Notes: generated by a model not told the origin, from the sequence alone. A stretch of DNA of 64,000 nucleotides from an uncultured Verrucomicrobiaceae bacterium (GCA_964473925.1 CAYYVW010000002.1:54206-118205), one strand, 5' to 3'; counted from the stretch's first letter, positions 43,477 to 53,788 are shown. Numbers and translations: made by a program.

Positions 43477-44720
43477 TTGATGTTTTTCTCGTTTGCGACG
43501 ACGTCGACCGGGCGTCCGCCGTGCGCGCCGCCATCGCGGCGGACTCCGAGTTTGCGCTCGCTAGCGACGTACGAACAGGACGGGAAGGGATCTTCGCCAC
43601 CTCATCCATCGCGCGCGGGCACCCACGCCTTTTGGTAGTCCGCCTCGCGCTGGGCGACATGAACGGGTTGGAGGTAATTTCCCAAGTCCGCCAGAAATCG
43701 CCGGACATGTGGGTCGTTCCTATTTTGGAAGGGAACGAAGGCGGGCAGACGTGGCAGAGCCTGCTTCAGATGGAATTGCGTGACGTGATTGTCGGTCCGA
43801 TGCCGCCCGCGGAGATGCTCAAAGTCCTCCGCGCGGCAGGCGCACACGCGCAGGAGCTTTACAACGCCAACCGTGGGGTGCACGGCCCGATGACGGGAGA
43901 GGCGTATATCATCACGGTGGCCGGCGCGCGTTCCGGCGTTGGCAAATCCGTCATCGCCTGCAACTTGGCCGCTGTCTTGGCACGGCATAATCCCAACACT
44001 GCCTTTTTGGACTTTAGCCTCCATGCAGGCGACGTGATCGTCATGCTCGATGAGGTGCCGCGCAATACGATTCTGGAAGCGGTCGGCGCGGGCGGTGGGA
44101 TCGATGCCGAGTTGCTTAACAACCTGCTGGCGACGCATCCCAAGTACCGGATGCGCTACCTTGCCTGCCCTAATCAAGATTTTGATGCGTCGACCTTTGA
44201 TTACAACATCGCTCTTTCGATCGTGCAGACGATGCGTCACGTCAGCCAGTACGTGGTGATCGATACTGGCATGGCCTCCGTGGGCCCCACGATTGCAGCA
44301 GTGGATGCCAGTGATTTGACGTTTGTCGTCACGACGCGCGACGTGATCCGGCTGCTGGCGACTCAGCGCTTCCTCAAATATTTGAAAACCGACCGCAACG
44401 TTCCGAATGAGAAGATCAAGGTTCTGGTGAACCAGTCTGAGATCGGGGCGGAGATCTCCGAGAGTGAAATCGAGGCGCTGCTGGAACACCCAGTGGCGGC
44501 TTACCTGCCCTCAAACCCGGTCCCGGTTGCATTCTCAGTCAATAGCGGCAGCCCCATTACGATTGCCGAGCCGCAATATCCTATTTCCGTCGTGCTCAGC
44601 AAGCTGGCTGAGCTCTGTCTGCACCGTTGGCAGGAGCCGGTGAAGGGTTCGACTGCCAGTGGGGGACGAAGCGCCGGCGGAGGGCGGACGGGGCTTCCAA
44701 CAAAGATAAATTTACGTTAA
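43473..44720 (+). CDS. cpaE: CpaE/TadZ: receiver-like N-terminal domain plus ParA/MinD-like ATPase domain
   Basis: It overlaps cpaC by 4 nt. Deviant Walker A ITVAGARSGVGKSVIACNLA. Confidence 0.8.
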   Translation: MIDVFLVCDDVDRASAVRAAIAADSEFALASDVRTGREGIFATSSIARGHPRLLVVRLALGDMNGLEVISQVRQKSPDMWVVPILEGNEGGQTWQSLLQMELRDVIVGPMPPAEMLKVLRAAGAHAQELYNANRGVHGPMTGEAYIITVAGARSGVGKSVIACNLAAVLARHNPNTAFLDFSLHAGDVIVMLDEVPRNTILEAVGAGGGIDAELLNNLLATHPKYRMRYLACPNQDFDASTFDYNIALSIVQTMRHVSQYVVIDTGMASVGPTIAAVDASDLTFVVTTRDVIRLLATQRFLKYLKTDRNVPNEKIKVLVNQSEIGAEISESEIEALLEHPVAAYLPSNPVPVAFSVNSGSPITIAEPQYPISVVLSKLAELCLHRWQEPVKGSTASGGRSAGGGRTGLPTKINLR

Positions 44721-44884
44721 TCAAACGCGGATGGTCTTGTTGGATAAGAAGCAATTTGTGTATTAGATTAGATGAGAACAGGGAGAGGGGCAGGCGCAGA
44801 CCGACAGGCGCGCTTGGCTATTTTCCAACGCCGCTTTTTGCCGGGAGTCTGGGCTAGGCCGACTCACGGCTTGCGATATTTTTT

Positions 44885-46426
44885 ATGACACCGCCACCAC
44901 CACCGAATTTGGGAAGGCTTGCGCCCCCTCCCCCGCCTAATCTTGGCGGCGGATCTGTGCCGGCGGCGCCGCCTCCTGCAGCAGGAATGGGAATGCGTCC
45001 CGCCGCACCTCCGCCGTCTATGCCGTCGAGCTTGTTAAGCGGCGGCGGGCAAGCCGCGGCGTCCGCAGGCGGACATGGCGGCGCGGTCCAAGCGAGTTTT
45101 TCCGGAGGACGGGCGGGGAGCAACGCCCACGACCCGGCCCAAGAATTTGTCCATCAATTTAAAAAACAGCTTCTGCCGTATTTGGTTCAAGCCATTGAGC
45201 CGCGCCTTCTTGAAAAAGGAAATGAAGCGGCTTTGCGGGCGCGCATCGAGCAGCTGGTCGATGAGCGCTTAACAGCAGACAAGGTGCCAATCGGCCGTCA
45301 ACTGCGCGTCAAACTGCTCGGCGATATCATCAACGAAATGATCGGGTATGGCCCTTTGGAGGATTTGCTCAAGGACGACACCGTTTCGGAAATCATGGTC
45401 AACTATCCAATTGTTTACACGGAAATAAAGGGCCAAATCCTGCTTTCGCCGGTCCGGTTTGTGGATGAGGAGGGCTGCCGCCGCGTGATCGATCGCATTC
45501 TTTCTCCTTTGGGGCGCCGCGTGGATGAATCGAGCCCCATGTGTGACGCGCGCCTGCCGGATGGCTCGCGCGTCAACGTCATCATTCCGCCGCTGGCGCT
45601 CAACGGCCCGGTCATAACGATCCGCAAATTCAGCAAGAAGCCGCTGACGATGGAGCGGATGATCGAGTTTAAAACCCTCTCTCAGAGCATGGCGATGTTC
45701 CTGCGGGCTTCCGTCCACTGCACGCTCAACATCGTCATTTCAGGCGGCACCGGCTCCGGAAAAACGACGATGCTCAACGCACTCTCGTCCTACATTCCGC
45801 CGGCGGACCGCATCATCACAATCGAGGATGCCGCAGAATTACAGCTGCAGCAAGAGCACGTGGTGCGCCTGGAGAGCAAGCCGAAGAACATTGAAGGCAA
45901 GGGTGAGGTCACGATTCGTGACTTGGTGCGCAACTCGCTGCGTATGCGCCCCGACCGGATTGTCATCGGGGAGTGCCGCGGCGGAGAAGCGCTCGACATG
46001 ATTCAAGCGATGAACACGGGCCACGATGGTTCAATGACCACGACGCACGCCAACTCTCCCCGCGACGCGATCGCGCGTCTGGAGACGCTGGTGCTGATGG
46101 CAGGCATGGATCTGCCGCAGCTGGCCATCCGTCAGCAGATCGCCGGCGCCGTGCACTTGATCGTTCAGATCAGCCGTCTATCGGACCACTCGCGCAAGAT
46201 CACGTGCATCAGCGAAGTTCAGGGGATGGAGGGGAACATGGTGACGATGCAGGACATCTTTAAGTACGAGCAGACGGGCGTCACGCCGGAGGGCAAGCTG
46301 ATTGGCGTCACCCGCGGACTGGGAATTGTGCCTAAGAATCAAGTGCGGTTTAACGCCAACGATTTGAATATTCCCGTCGAGATTTATCAGAGCGTTCTTT
46401 ATCACAACGATCCCAATCAGGCCTAA
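44885..46426 (+). CDS. cpaF: CpaF/TadA secretion ATPase with a proline-rich N-terminal extension
   Basis: Walker [17 protein letters not shown]; ...[11 protein letters not shown]...[38 protein letters not shown]. Confidence 0.9.
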   Translation: MTPPPPPNLGRLAPPPPPNLGGGSVPAAPPPAAGMGMRPAAPPPSMPSSLLSGGGQAAASAGGHGGAVQASFSGGRAGSNAHDPAQEFVHQFKKQLLPYLVQAIEPRLLEKGNEAALRARIEQLVDERLTADKVPIGRQLRVKLLGDIINEMIGYGPLEDLLKDDTVSEIMVNYPIVYTEIKGQILLSPVRFVDEEGCRRVIDRILSPLGRRVDESSPMCDARLPDGSRVNVIIPPLALNGPVITIRKFSKKPLTMERMIEFKTLSQSMAMFLRASVHCTLNIVISGGTGSGKTTMLNALSSYIPPADRIITIEDAAELQLQQEHVVRLESKPKNIEGKGEVTIRDLVRNSLRMRPDRIVIGECRGGEALDMIQAMNTGHDGSMTTTHANSPRDAIARLETLVLMAGMDLPQLAIRQQIAGAVHLIVQISRLSDHSRKITCISEVQGMEGNMVTMQDIFKYEQTGVTPEGKLIGVTRGLGIVPKNQVRFNANDLNIPVEIYQSVLYHNDPNQA

Positions 46427-46440
46427 ACTCTAAACCGCAT

Positions 46441-47421
46441 ATGATGATTTTATTGGCCCTTACGGTGGTCGGCACATTTGCGCTAGCCGCGATGGCGATC
46501 GTGCAAGCGCAAGGAGCGCCGGGCGTTGATTTGCGCCAGAAACTCAAGAGCCTCACGAGCCAGCCGGAAGGATTGGTCAAAGAGGTTTCCTTGGGAATCG
46601 AGGAGCGCAAGCTGCCGCGTTTTGATTTTCGCAAAATCTTTAGTCGTTTCACTGGGCAAGCATATATCGAATCGGTTGAGCGCGCGCTGGTTCAGTCCGA
46701 CATCCCGATGCGCGCGGGTGAGTTTTTGTTGCTTCGAGTGGGCATGATCCTTGGAGCATTTTTAATTGTGCAGTTTTTTACGGGAGTTTTCGGGTACGCG
46801 GTGGCGGCGGCGGCACTGGCGGCGATTATCCACATTCCTTTCATGAGCATTAAGCGCGGAATGCGCATCAATAAATTCGTCGGCCAGCTGGCCGAGTTTT
46901 TGATCTTGGTGACCAACTCGCTGCGCGCCGGACAGACATTTTTGCAGGGGGTGGATATTGCCAGTAAAGAGTCGCCCAATCCGATTGGCCTGGAGTTTCG
47001 TCAGTTGCTCAAGGAGACAAGCCTGGGTCTGCCGGTCGACCAAGCCTTCACGAACATGCTGCAGCGGGTGCCCAGCGAGGATCTGCAGATTGTGATGAGC
47101 GCGTTCACCATTCAGCGCAATATCGGCGGTAATTTGGCGGACATTATGGATCAGGTTGCGGCGACGATTCGCCAGCGCATTCAAATCCAGGGGCAAATTC
47201 GCGTGCTTACCACCCAAGGAAAGCTTTCGGGCGCGATCGTCGGCCTTTTGCCAATTGGCTTGGGCACGATTGTCAGTTTCATGAATTACGACTACATGGC
47301 GCTTTTGTGGCGGCATGATCCCATCGCCGGCTGGGCCGGGCCCATCATGCTGGGCATCGGCATTTTCATGCAGCTGCTCGGCTGCTTTGTCATTCACAAG
47401 ATTTGCCAAATTGAAGTTTAG
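46441..47421 (+). CDS. tadB: TadB (type II secretion system F-domain membrane protein)
   Basis: T2SSF-type domain ...LAEFLILVTNSLRAGQTFLQGVDIA... with flanking TM helices. Confidence 0.85.
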   Translation: MMILLALTVVGTFALAAMAIVQAQGAPGVDLRQKLKSLTSQPEGLVKEVSLGIEERKLPRFDFRKIFSRFTGQAYIESVERALVQSDIPMRAGEFLLLRVGMILGAFLIVQFFTGVFGYAVAAAALAAIIHIPFMSIKRGMRINKFVGQLAEFLILVTNSLRAGQTFLQGVDIASKESPNPIGLEFRQLLKETSLGLPVDQAFTNMLQRVPSEDLQIVMSAFTIQRNIGGNLADIMDQVAATIRQRIQIQGQIRVLTTQGKLSGAIVGLLPIGLGTIVSFMNYDYMALLWRHDPIAGWAGPIMLGIGIFMQLLGCFVIHKICQIEV

Positions 47422-47445
47422 AACCTAACCCATTCATTTTTTTCC

Positions 47446-48390
47446 ATGATGACGCTACTCATCGCGCTGACCTTGCTGGGGGCCTTTGTGCTTCTGGGAA
47501 TCGGCATGCTTCCGGCGGAGGCGTCGTCGATCGGCAAGCGGCTGGAAGGCTTGCAAGCCGCGGCAGCAGGAACGGACGTCAAAGCCTCCCTGCGGGATGC
47601 GGAGGAAATGAACAAGAGCTTCATCGTCCGCGTGATGCTTCCCTTGGCAGACCGGTTTTCAAAAATTTTCTCGACCATCACGCCGGTTGGCATGATGGAC
47701 CGCGCGCGCAAGGATATCGCCGCGGCTGGGATGATCGGCAAGGTGACGGCTGTTCAGCTCACCACGCTCTCATGGATTTTGATGATCGGCCTACCTGGTA
47801 TCATGTGGATGGCGACGGCGTCCAAACCGCGCAGTTTTTCGGAATGGGGCTTTATTTTGCTCGCGCTGATGCTGGGCTATCGGCTGCCGATCGGCGTCGT
47901 CAAAAGCCGCGCCAAGCGCCGGCAAACCGCGGTTTTGCGGTCACTTCCCTTTACGCTGGATCTGATTTGCATCAGCGTGGAGGCCGGCGTTTCATTTGAC
48001 GGCGCCATTCAAATCGTAACCGAAAAAACTAAAGGACCGCTGACCGACGAGTTGGCGCTCGCCCTGCGCGAGGTGCGTCTGGGCAAAGGCCGCAACGAAG
48101 CGCTCTTGGATATTGCGCAACGGACGGGCGTGGAGGATCTCAGGAACTTTCTTTCGGCAGTGGTCTACATTTCCCGTCTGGGCGGCAGCTTGGTCAACGT
48201 CATCCGGATTCAGGCTGACGCGATCCGAATTCGCCGCCGCCAGCGCGCGGAAGAAAAGGCGATGAAAACGCCGGTTAAAATCATGATCCCGCTGGTGCTC
48301 TTCATCTTTCCGGCGATGTTCATTGTCATCCTGGGTCCTGCGGGGATTCGCTTGATGCAAAACATGGCCAACTCCGTCTTGTCTCCCTAA
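47446..48390 (+). CDS. tadC: TadC (type II secretion system F-domain membrane protein)
   Basis: ...LPFTLDLICISVEAGVSFDGAIQIV...RRQRAEEKAMKTPVKIMIPLVLFIFPAMF. Confidence 0.85.
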   Translation: MMTLLIALTLLGAFVLLGIGMLPAEASSIGKRLEGLQAAAAGTDVKASLRDAEEMNKSFIVRVMLPLADRFSKIFSTITPVGMMDRARKDIAAAGMIGKVTAVQLTTLSWILMIGLPGIMWMATASKPRSFSEWGFILLALMLGYRLPIGVVKSRAKRRQTAVLRSLPFTLDLICISVEAGVSFDGAIQIVTEKTKGPLTDELALALREVRLGKGRNEALLDIAQRTGVEDLRNFLSAVVYISRLGGSLVNVIRIQADAIRIRRRQRAEEKAMKTPVKIMIPLVLFIFPAMFIVILGPAGIRLMQNMANSVLSP

Positions 48391-48401
48391 AGAGGTCTTT
48401 T

Positions 48402-48998
48402 ATGTACAAACTGATTCGCCGCAAAAGTAAGAACGCTGCGGCGCCGCTGCGGGCAGGGACGCGGCGGAGGAACCAGGCGCAGACCACGGTCGAGTTCGCG
48501 CTGATCGTCTGGCCATTTCTGCTTTTGCTTTTCGCAACCATTGATTACGCGCAGCTTTATTTCTACGACTCCTCACTGCGCCATGCGCTGCGCGAGGCAG
48601 GGCGGTTTGCCACCACGGGCAACGTGATGCGGACCAATTTCGTTCTCTCCAACGGGCCGTTGCAAAGCAGTTACGAGGCCAACAAGCCAATTTCACGGAT
48701 GGAAAGCATTCGGCGCATCTTTCAGACCAATTGCCTCGTGAACACGCCGATTACTAATATTGTTGTTGAGAGTTGGCCCGGGCTTGCGGAAACGGGGACC
48801 GAAGCAGCCCCCAATAAAGGGCCTGGAGACGCGGACGATAATGTGCGCATTAAAGTGAGCGCCGAAGTGCCGATGATTACGCGGCTTTTTTTTACGAATA
48901 CCAAGTATAAGACAACGGTTACATCTGTGTTTCGCAATGAGCCGTCGCGCAATTTTTTGAACACCATTACAACCAACTACTATGGAGCGGAGCCTTAG
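48402..48998 (+). CDS. tadE: TadE-like pseudopilin 1
   Basis: N-terminus ...RRNQAQTTVEFALIVWPFLLLLFATIDYAQ is the TadE signature (xxVEFALxxP). Confidence 0.8.
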   Translation: MYKLIRRKSKNAAAPLRAGTRRRNQAQTTVEFALIVWPFLLLLFATIDYAQLYFYDSSLRHALREAGRFATTGNVMRTNFVLSNGPLQSSYEANKPISRMESIRRIFQTNCLVNTPITNIVVESWPGLAETGTEAAPNKGPGDADDNVRIKVSAEVPMITRLFFTNTKYKTTVTSVFRNEPSRNFLNTITTNYYGAEP

Positions 48999-49001
48999 GC
49001 C

Positions 49002-49613
49002 ATGAAAACGCTTCCTATTTTCATTCGGCAAGGCCGCCGCCGCTGCCGCAGCCAGTCCTTGGTTGAGTTTACGCTGATCCTGCCGATCTTTTTGACGCTG
49101 ATGTGCGCCGTTTTTGACTACGGCTACATGATTACCAATGCCCAGATTTTGGCGATGGCAGCGCGGGAAGGGGCCAGTACCGCGACCCGGCAGGTTATTT
49201 TGCCCATTGAAGCTGGCCTTCAAGCAGTGACCAACGCGGCACATCCCCGCCTTAATCTGGCCGGGCCGACGGGCGCGTGCATCATCACCAAAGTGGTATA
49301 TGATCCTTCGACCAGCACCAACTATGTGTATGTACCCACCCCGGTTGATTCCTACTGCCTTTACCTGGGCGGGCTTTGGGGCGGCACGGCGAATGATGTC
49401 TGCAATAAAAGCCGGATTCTTTCCGCGGACGGGACCGACCCACAGCCATGGAAGTGCCGCCGCCGCCAGCTTCCTTTTGCCGGTTCTTGGCTCGCCACCA
49501 ACCAAGAGATGTACGTGGTGGAAGTCTTTCTCACCAATCAGTTTGTAACGCCGATTGGAAGATTGATCGGCTTGGTGACGCCCCCCATCCTTTACGACGC
49601 TGCTTTCTTCTGA
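49002..49613 (+). CDS. tadE: TadE-like pseudopilin 2
   Basis: ...CRSQSLVEFTLILPIFLTLMCAVFDYGYM. Confidence 0.8.
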   Translation: MKTLPIFIRQGRRRCRSQSLVEFTLILPIFLTLMCAVFDYGYMITNAQILAMAAREGASTATRQVILPIEAGLQAVTNAAHPRLNLAGPTGACIITKVVYDPSTSTNYVYVPTPVDSYCLYLGGLWGGTANDVCNKSRILSADGTDPQPWKCRRRQLPFAGSWLATNQEMYVVEVFLTNQFVTPIGRLIGLVTPPILYDAAFF

Positions 49614-49659
49614 CATGTTACAACAGGGCCCAAAATAACTTTTAACGAACGGATTCTTT

Positions 49660-51852
49660 ATGAAGCGCAACCCTCGTTCCAGTCAGACGTTCGTTTTTTT
49701 TCTCATCTCGTTCGGAGCCATTTGGCTGCTCTGCGGCCTGGGCCTGGATGGAGCGCTGCTTTATTTATCAAAAGCCCGCATCAGCCGGGCGTGTGACGCC
49801 GCGGTTATTTCCGGCGTCAAAAACTTCCCCAAGGGCCGGGATCAAGTGTCGGCCATTATGCGCAATATTGCGGCAGCAAATTACACGGACTTGTCCGTTG
49901 TTCCATCAACGCCGACCAGTGTAGCCACCAACAATCTTGCGGGCGGCGACATCGAGTACGTTTATCTTTATACCAACGCAGCGAGAGGCAACAGCGTTAC
50001 CTGTACGATCGGAACGGGCTCGGCCGGGCAGGTGACGCGGGCCCAATGTGATGCGAGCGTCAAGCAGCGGACGCTCTTTATGTCTTTCACCGGGCTGGAC
50101 CGGGTGACGAACTTTCGCGTGCATGCGCTTGCCGAAGCGCAGCGGCGCCCGCGCCTGATTATGCTCGTCCTCGACCGCTCGTGGTCCCTCCGGGTTCAGA
50201 ACACCGGGTATCTGACGCTGCCTCCGGCCGTTTCGAACTTCCTGACGCTTTTTGATACGAATGCGGATCGCATCGGCATGGTTTCCTTCTCCGATTTTGC
50301 GCGACTGGAAATGCCGATTACCAACAACTTTATTGTGTTGGGAACTAATAAACTATCGTCAGCAGATTCGATCCTGGCGACAGATAACCCATCGGGCATC
50401 AAGTTCGGAGGTTCCACGGCGGCGGAAGAAGGGATGCGCTTGGGGCTCGAAACGCTTAAGGCCGATAGCGGGTACACCGATCCGCGCACGCTTAAGTACA
50501 TCGTTTTCTTTACGGACGGTGAATTTAACTCCGTCAGATCGTTGTATGCCTCGCCATGCTGGACCAACACCGTGTATGTGCCGTCTGGCGCGACGGGCGC
50601 GCAACTCAGGACGAATATTCTCCAAATGCCCAATGTTACTAACATCCCATTTGCAACGGCTGCCCGGATAGGCGCCCCCACAAATTATTTACGGCCTACG
50701 ACCAATACCGCGACCGGCAGCACCGCCTATTCCACCAATTTGGATATTTGGATGATGCCTGGATCCATCAATTTCACATTCCGTACCGGAAACACAAACC
50801 CTGTTATTACGATTAGCCAGCTGACCAACATGAGCATTTCAGTCAAGCTGGTGCCCGGCGAGACCAACATGCTCGTTGTTCCAGGTTTTGTCATCGATGG
50901 CGTGGGATATAGCAAGCACGACACAGCAATCAGCCAGTACAGCAGCGCGTCCTTTATTAGGTGGCCTGACACGGCAACCCCCAGCCTGTCAACACTGCGC
51001 AGGTATATGGTGCGGCACCCAACCAATCTGTGGGGGGGGCTGCGCGTCTATAAACCGGACGATCCGGATCTGAACGGTGACGGCCAGCCTGACAATCTGA
51101 GCGGAAGCAATCAGTATCCGGCGGGAGCCTTTTACTGGCCAATGAACACGGTAAAGCTTCTGAGCAGCTCTTCTTTCGCTGTGGGACAAGTGCCTTGGAT
51201 GTCGACAAACCTAAGCGAGTCCGATTGGCGCGCCGCGGGCAGCTTATTTTACAACTCGAGCGGCCAAATGGCGGCCGATGCCGCGTGGCAGGTGGACGCG
51301 CCAGACTGGGTCACCAACGCATTTGCGAGCATCATGACTAATGATGCAGCGACAAAACAATGGCGGCCCATTTCCTATCGTGGCGTGCCGCTGGCTTCCG
51401 TAACGGCGGGGAGCCTGCCCACGCTTTACGGCATCCCCACGGCTACGCGCGGGGCAGTGCTATTGGCGGACGGGACCACGAATGTTAACGCAATGGCATG
51501 GGGATGTATGCCGACGCATTTTTATGATGCGGTAAATGCAGGGTGGCGGCCCTTCACTAACTTCACCGATATGTCCATTCAGTTGCTGGCAGTCGGCAAC
51601 TGGAAGACAAGACGGTACTGCGATGAGGCCCGGCAAGACAGCGTGACGATCTACACGCTTGGGTTCGGAAGCGGCGTGCCGGCGTCCCAGGGCACAGTCC
51701 TGCGTGCCATGGCCAATGACCCGACGGTAGGCTCTCCAACATTCCAGGCCGACCAGCCGATCGGAAAGTATTACTTCACGACCAACGCAGCGGATCTCTT
51801 TAGTTACTTCAAGGAAATCGCGGAGCGAATCCAGGCAGTCATCACGCAGTAG
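49660..51852 (+). CDS. tadG: TadG-like protein with a von Willebrand factor A domain (730 aa)
   Basis: N-terminal TadG-type hydrophobic segment FVFFLISFGAIWLLCGLGLDGALLY. vWA MIDAS motif LVLDRSWSL, later VFFTDGEFN and IYTLGFG. Confidence 0.8.
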   Translation: MKRNPRSSQTFVFFLISFGAIWLLCGLGLDGALLYLSKARISRACDAAVISGVKNFPKGRDQVSAIMRNIAAANYTDLSVVPSTPTSVATNNLAGGDIEYVYLYTNAARGNSVTCTIGTGSAGQVTRAQCDASVKQRTLFMSFTGLDRVTNFRVHALAEAQRRPRLIMLVLDRSWSLRVQNTGYLTLPPAVSNFLTLFDTNADRIGMVSFSDFARLEMPITNNFIVLGTNKLSSADSILATDNPSGIKFGGSTAAEEGMRLGLETLKADSGYTDPRTLKYIVFFTDGEFNSVRSLYASPCWTNTVYVPSGATGAQLRTNILQMPNVTNIPFATAARIGAPTNYLRPTTNTATGSTAYSTNLDIWMMPGSINFTFRTGNTNPVITISQLTNMSISVKLVPGETNMLVVPGFVIDGVGYSKHDTAISQYSSASFIRWPDTATPSLSTLRRYMVRHPTNLWGGLRVYKPDDPDLNGDGQPDNLSGSNQYPAGAFYWPMNTVKLLSSSSFAVGQVPWMSTNLSESDWRAAGSLFYNSSGQMAADAAWQVDAPDWVTNAFASIMTNDAATKQWRPISYRGVPLASVTAGSLPTLYGIPTATRGAVLLADGTTNVNAMAWGCMPTHFYDAVNAGWRPFTNFTDMSIQLLAVGNWKTRRYCDEARQDSVTIYTLGFGSGVPASQGTVLRAMANDPTVGSPTFQADQPIGKYYFTTNAADLFSYFKEIAERIQAVITQ

Positions 51853-52540
51853 GCCGGCGCGCGCGGTGGATTGCGACTACGCCGAAAGTGAGACGCTTGA
51901 CGGAAACGGCTTCATATCCGGCGCACACGAGCTCTTCGGTCAGCGCTGCAGCATTTGGGAAAGCCCGAATCGATCGGCCTAAGTATTCGTAGTCTTCATG
52001 CGGCGCGCCCAGCGCGCGGGCAATGTGCGGCAGAACGCGCCGTAAATAAAAAAAGTGCATCGGCCGCAGGAAGCGCCACGGCTGGGAAAACTCCAAGATG
52101 TAGAGCCAGCCGCCCGGGGCGAGGCCGCGTTTCCATTCTTTGAGCGCTGCCGTGCGATCGGGCAGATTGCGCAGGCCAAACGCGATGGTGATGGCATCGA
52201 GCGATGCATCGGGGAGCCGCAGCGCGGTGGCATCGCCGAGCATCAGCTGTTCATCTGGGAGGCCCTTGGACTTGGCGCGCTCGAGCATATCAGCAGAAAA
52301 ATCCAGGCCGCGCGGCGGTTCTACGCATGCCTTGGCGCGTTGGAGCGCCAAGAGAACGTCTCCGCTTCCCGTGGCCAGATCCACCAAGCGGCGGGGTCGT
52401 TGCTCTGCTACTTGTTGCGCGAGCTGGCGGCGCCAAGCGCGATCCAGGCCGAAACTTAAAACCCGGTTGAGTCGATCGTACCGCTGCGAAACGCGGGCAA
52501 ACATCTCCCGAACGTTCGGCGCCGGGGCTTGCGGAGCCAT
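51842..52540 (-). CDS. ubiE: Demethylmenaquinone/ubiquinone C-methyltransferase (UbiE/MenG)
   Basis: MFARVSQRYDRLNRVLSFGLDRAWRR...LVDLATGSGDV...FGLRNLPD. Start trimmed to the ATG at 52540. It converges on tadG with an 11-nt overlap. Confidence 0.85.
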   Translation of the reverse strand: MAPQAPAPNVREMFARVSQRYDRLNRVLSFGLDRAWRRQLAQQVAEQRPRRLVDLATGSGDVLLALQRAKACVEPPRGLDFSADMLERAKSKGLPDEQLMLGDATALRLPDASLDAITIAFGLRNLPDRTAALKEWKRGLAPGGWLYILEFSQPWRFLRPMHFFYLRRVLPHIARALGAPHEDYEYLGRSIRAFPNAAALTEELVCAGYEAVSVKRLTFGVVAIHRARRPTA

Positions 52541-52568
52541 AGGAGAAAAAAACGCGGACGCGGTCCAA

Positions 52569-53633
52569 CTACCAACCCGCTTGCCGACGTGCGTGGAATT
52601 TTTCCACCAGCGCTTTGGCTTGCGGGAAGAGCGTCGGACAACAGCCGATGGAGTGACAGAATGCTTTGCTAAAGTGGCTGAGGCTGGAGTAGCCGACTTG
52701 CAATGCGGCTTCGGTGACGTTGTGCCGTCCTCCGAGAAGCAGCTCGGCGGCGCGCTGCATCCGGACTTCACGGATGTACTGGGAAAGCGTCATGCCAGTC
52801 TCTTTCGAGAAAAGCCGGCTCAAGTAGAATGGACTGCAACCGATTTCGCGGCCGAGCGTTTCCAGATCGGGCGGCTCAGCATATTGCGCGCGAAGAATGG
52901 AGACGGTTTTTTCAACGCGCTCTTGCGTCAGGCGCTTGTGCCGCTGGCAGAAAAGCTCGTTGGAGGGCGGCGCTGCGAAAAGGAGCTGGCAGAGGAGCTC
53001 GAGCGCCTTGCTCTGGTACCACAGCGGATACGCGGCAGGGGCAATCGGCGGCGTGCCCAGCGCCAAGAAGAGAGACCGCATGGCCGGCGTCATCGGCATT
53101 ACAGAGCCCGCATGGCCCGCGCCGCCGGTCCGGCCCATCCATTTGCGCACGGCAGGGTGAAGGGCATCCGCCGCGCCTTCCAGCTGTTCGGTGATAAACG
53201 GCCGGGACATTTCAATGGTGATAAACGCGTGGGCTTGATTGGCTTCGCGGCGGGCGCCCAGATCATGGCGCGCGTTGCAGTAAAAGCCGGCGGTATGCGG
53301 CGTGAAGCGGGACTGCCGGGTTTTGTCCTGCACATGCCCGTCGCCGGCGACGTTCAGGCAAATTTCTAGGCTGTGCTCGTGAAAGCTTTGCGACCAATCG
53401 ACCGGCTCCTGGGCGGAAAACTGATGATGTTCGACGGCCAAACCCAAACGGTTGAAACAGCCAAAGAGGCGCCGCTGGCCGGTTTTGGCGCTGTTCCAGC
53501 CGACACACGGTGCCGCACCCGTTGTGGTCTTGGAAAGAACGGGCGTACGCGGCGAGCGGGCGACTCGCGACACGCGCGAAGCCCGAACGGAAGAAATGCC
53601 AGCCTTTGTCCTCATAAGCAAATGGGGACCCAC
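52569..53633 (-). CDS. AraC-family transcriptional regulator
   Basis: C-terminal double HTH: ...LETLGREIGCSPFYLSRLFSKETGMTLSQYIREVRMQRAAELL...VTEAALQVGYSSLSHFSKAF. Confidence 0.85.
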   Translation of the reverse strand: MGPHLLMRTKAGISSVRASRVSRVARSPRTPVLSKTTTGAAPCVGWNSAKTGQRRLFGCFNRLGLAVEHHQFSAQEPVDWSQSFHEHSLEICLNVAGDGHVQDKTRQSRFTPHTAGFYCNARHDLGARREANQAHAFITIEMSRPFITEQLEGAADALHPAVRKWMGRTGGAGHAGSVMPMTPAMRSLFLALGTPPIAPAAYPLWYQSKALELLCQLLFAAPPSNELFCQRHKRLTQERVEKTVSILRAQYAEPPDLETLGREIGCSPFYLSRLFSKETGMTLSQYIREVRMQRAAELLLGGRHNVTEAALQVGYSSLSHFSKAFCHSIGCCPTLFPQAKALVEKFHARRQAGW

Positions 53634-53788
53634 GGTATCGCAAAACCCGCTTGGTGCGAGCTAAAATTTTATAAGGAGAGAGCGCAAACCCAAGAGGATT
53701 AAAAGAGATTTACAAAGCGCTGCCTGGCTCCAACTGCTTGGCAGGAATTGACTTGCTACAGGCCGGTTGACTTGGCAGACCTGCCCCT

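Noticed and set aside
43602-44489. 295-aa minus-strand ORF inside cpaE, and the 325-aa minus-strand ORF at 48693-49670 across the tadE genes
   Set aside because: They are antisense to genes that fit the conserved Tad gene order and carry the family motifs. No independent support.
39691-44884. Search for a hidden Flp pilin ORF in the gaps of the Tad locus
   Set aside because: No small ORF with a hydrophobic Flp-type leader and Glu-Tyr motif was found in any frame of the intergenic gaps. The 76-aa ORF at 44627-44857 is Arg-rich with no hydrophobic Flp-type leader.
52140-53369. 409-aa plus-strand ORF spanning ubiE and the AraC regulator
   Set aside because: It is antisense to two genes with unambiguous family motifs. 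The translation is Arg-rich low complexity.
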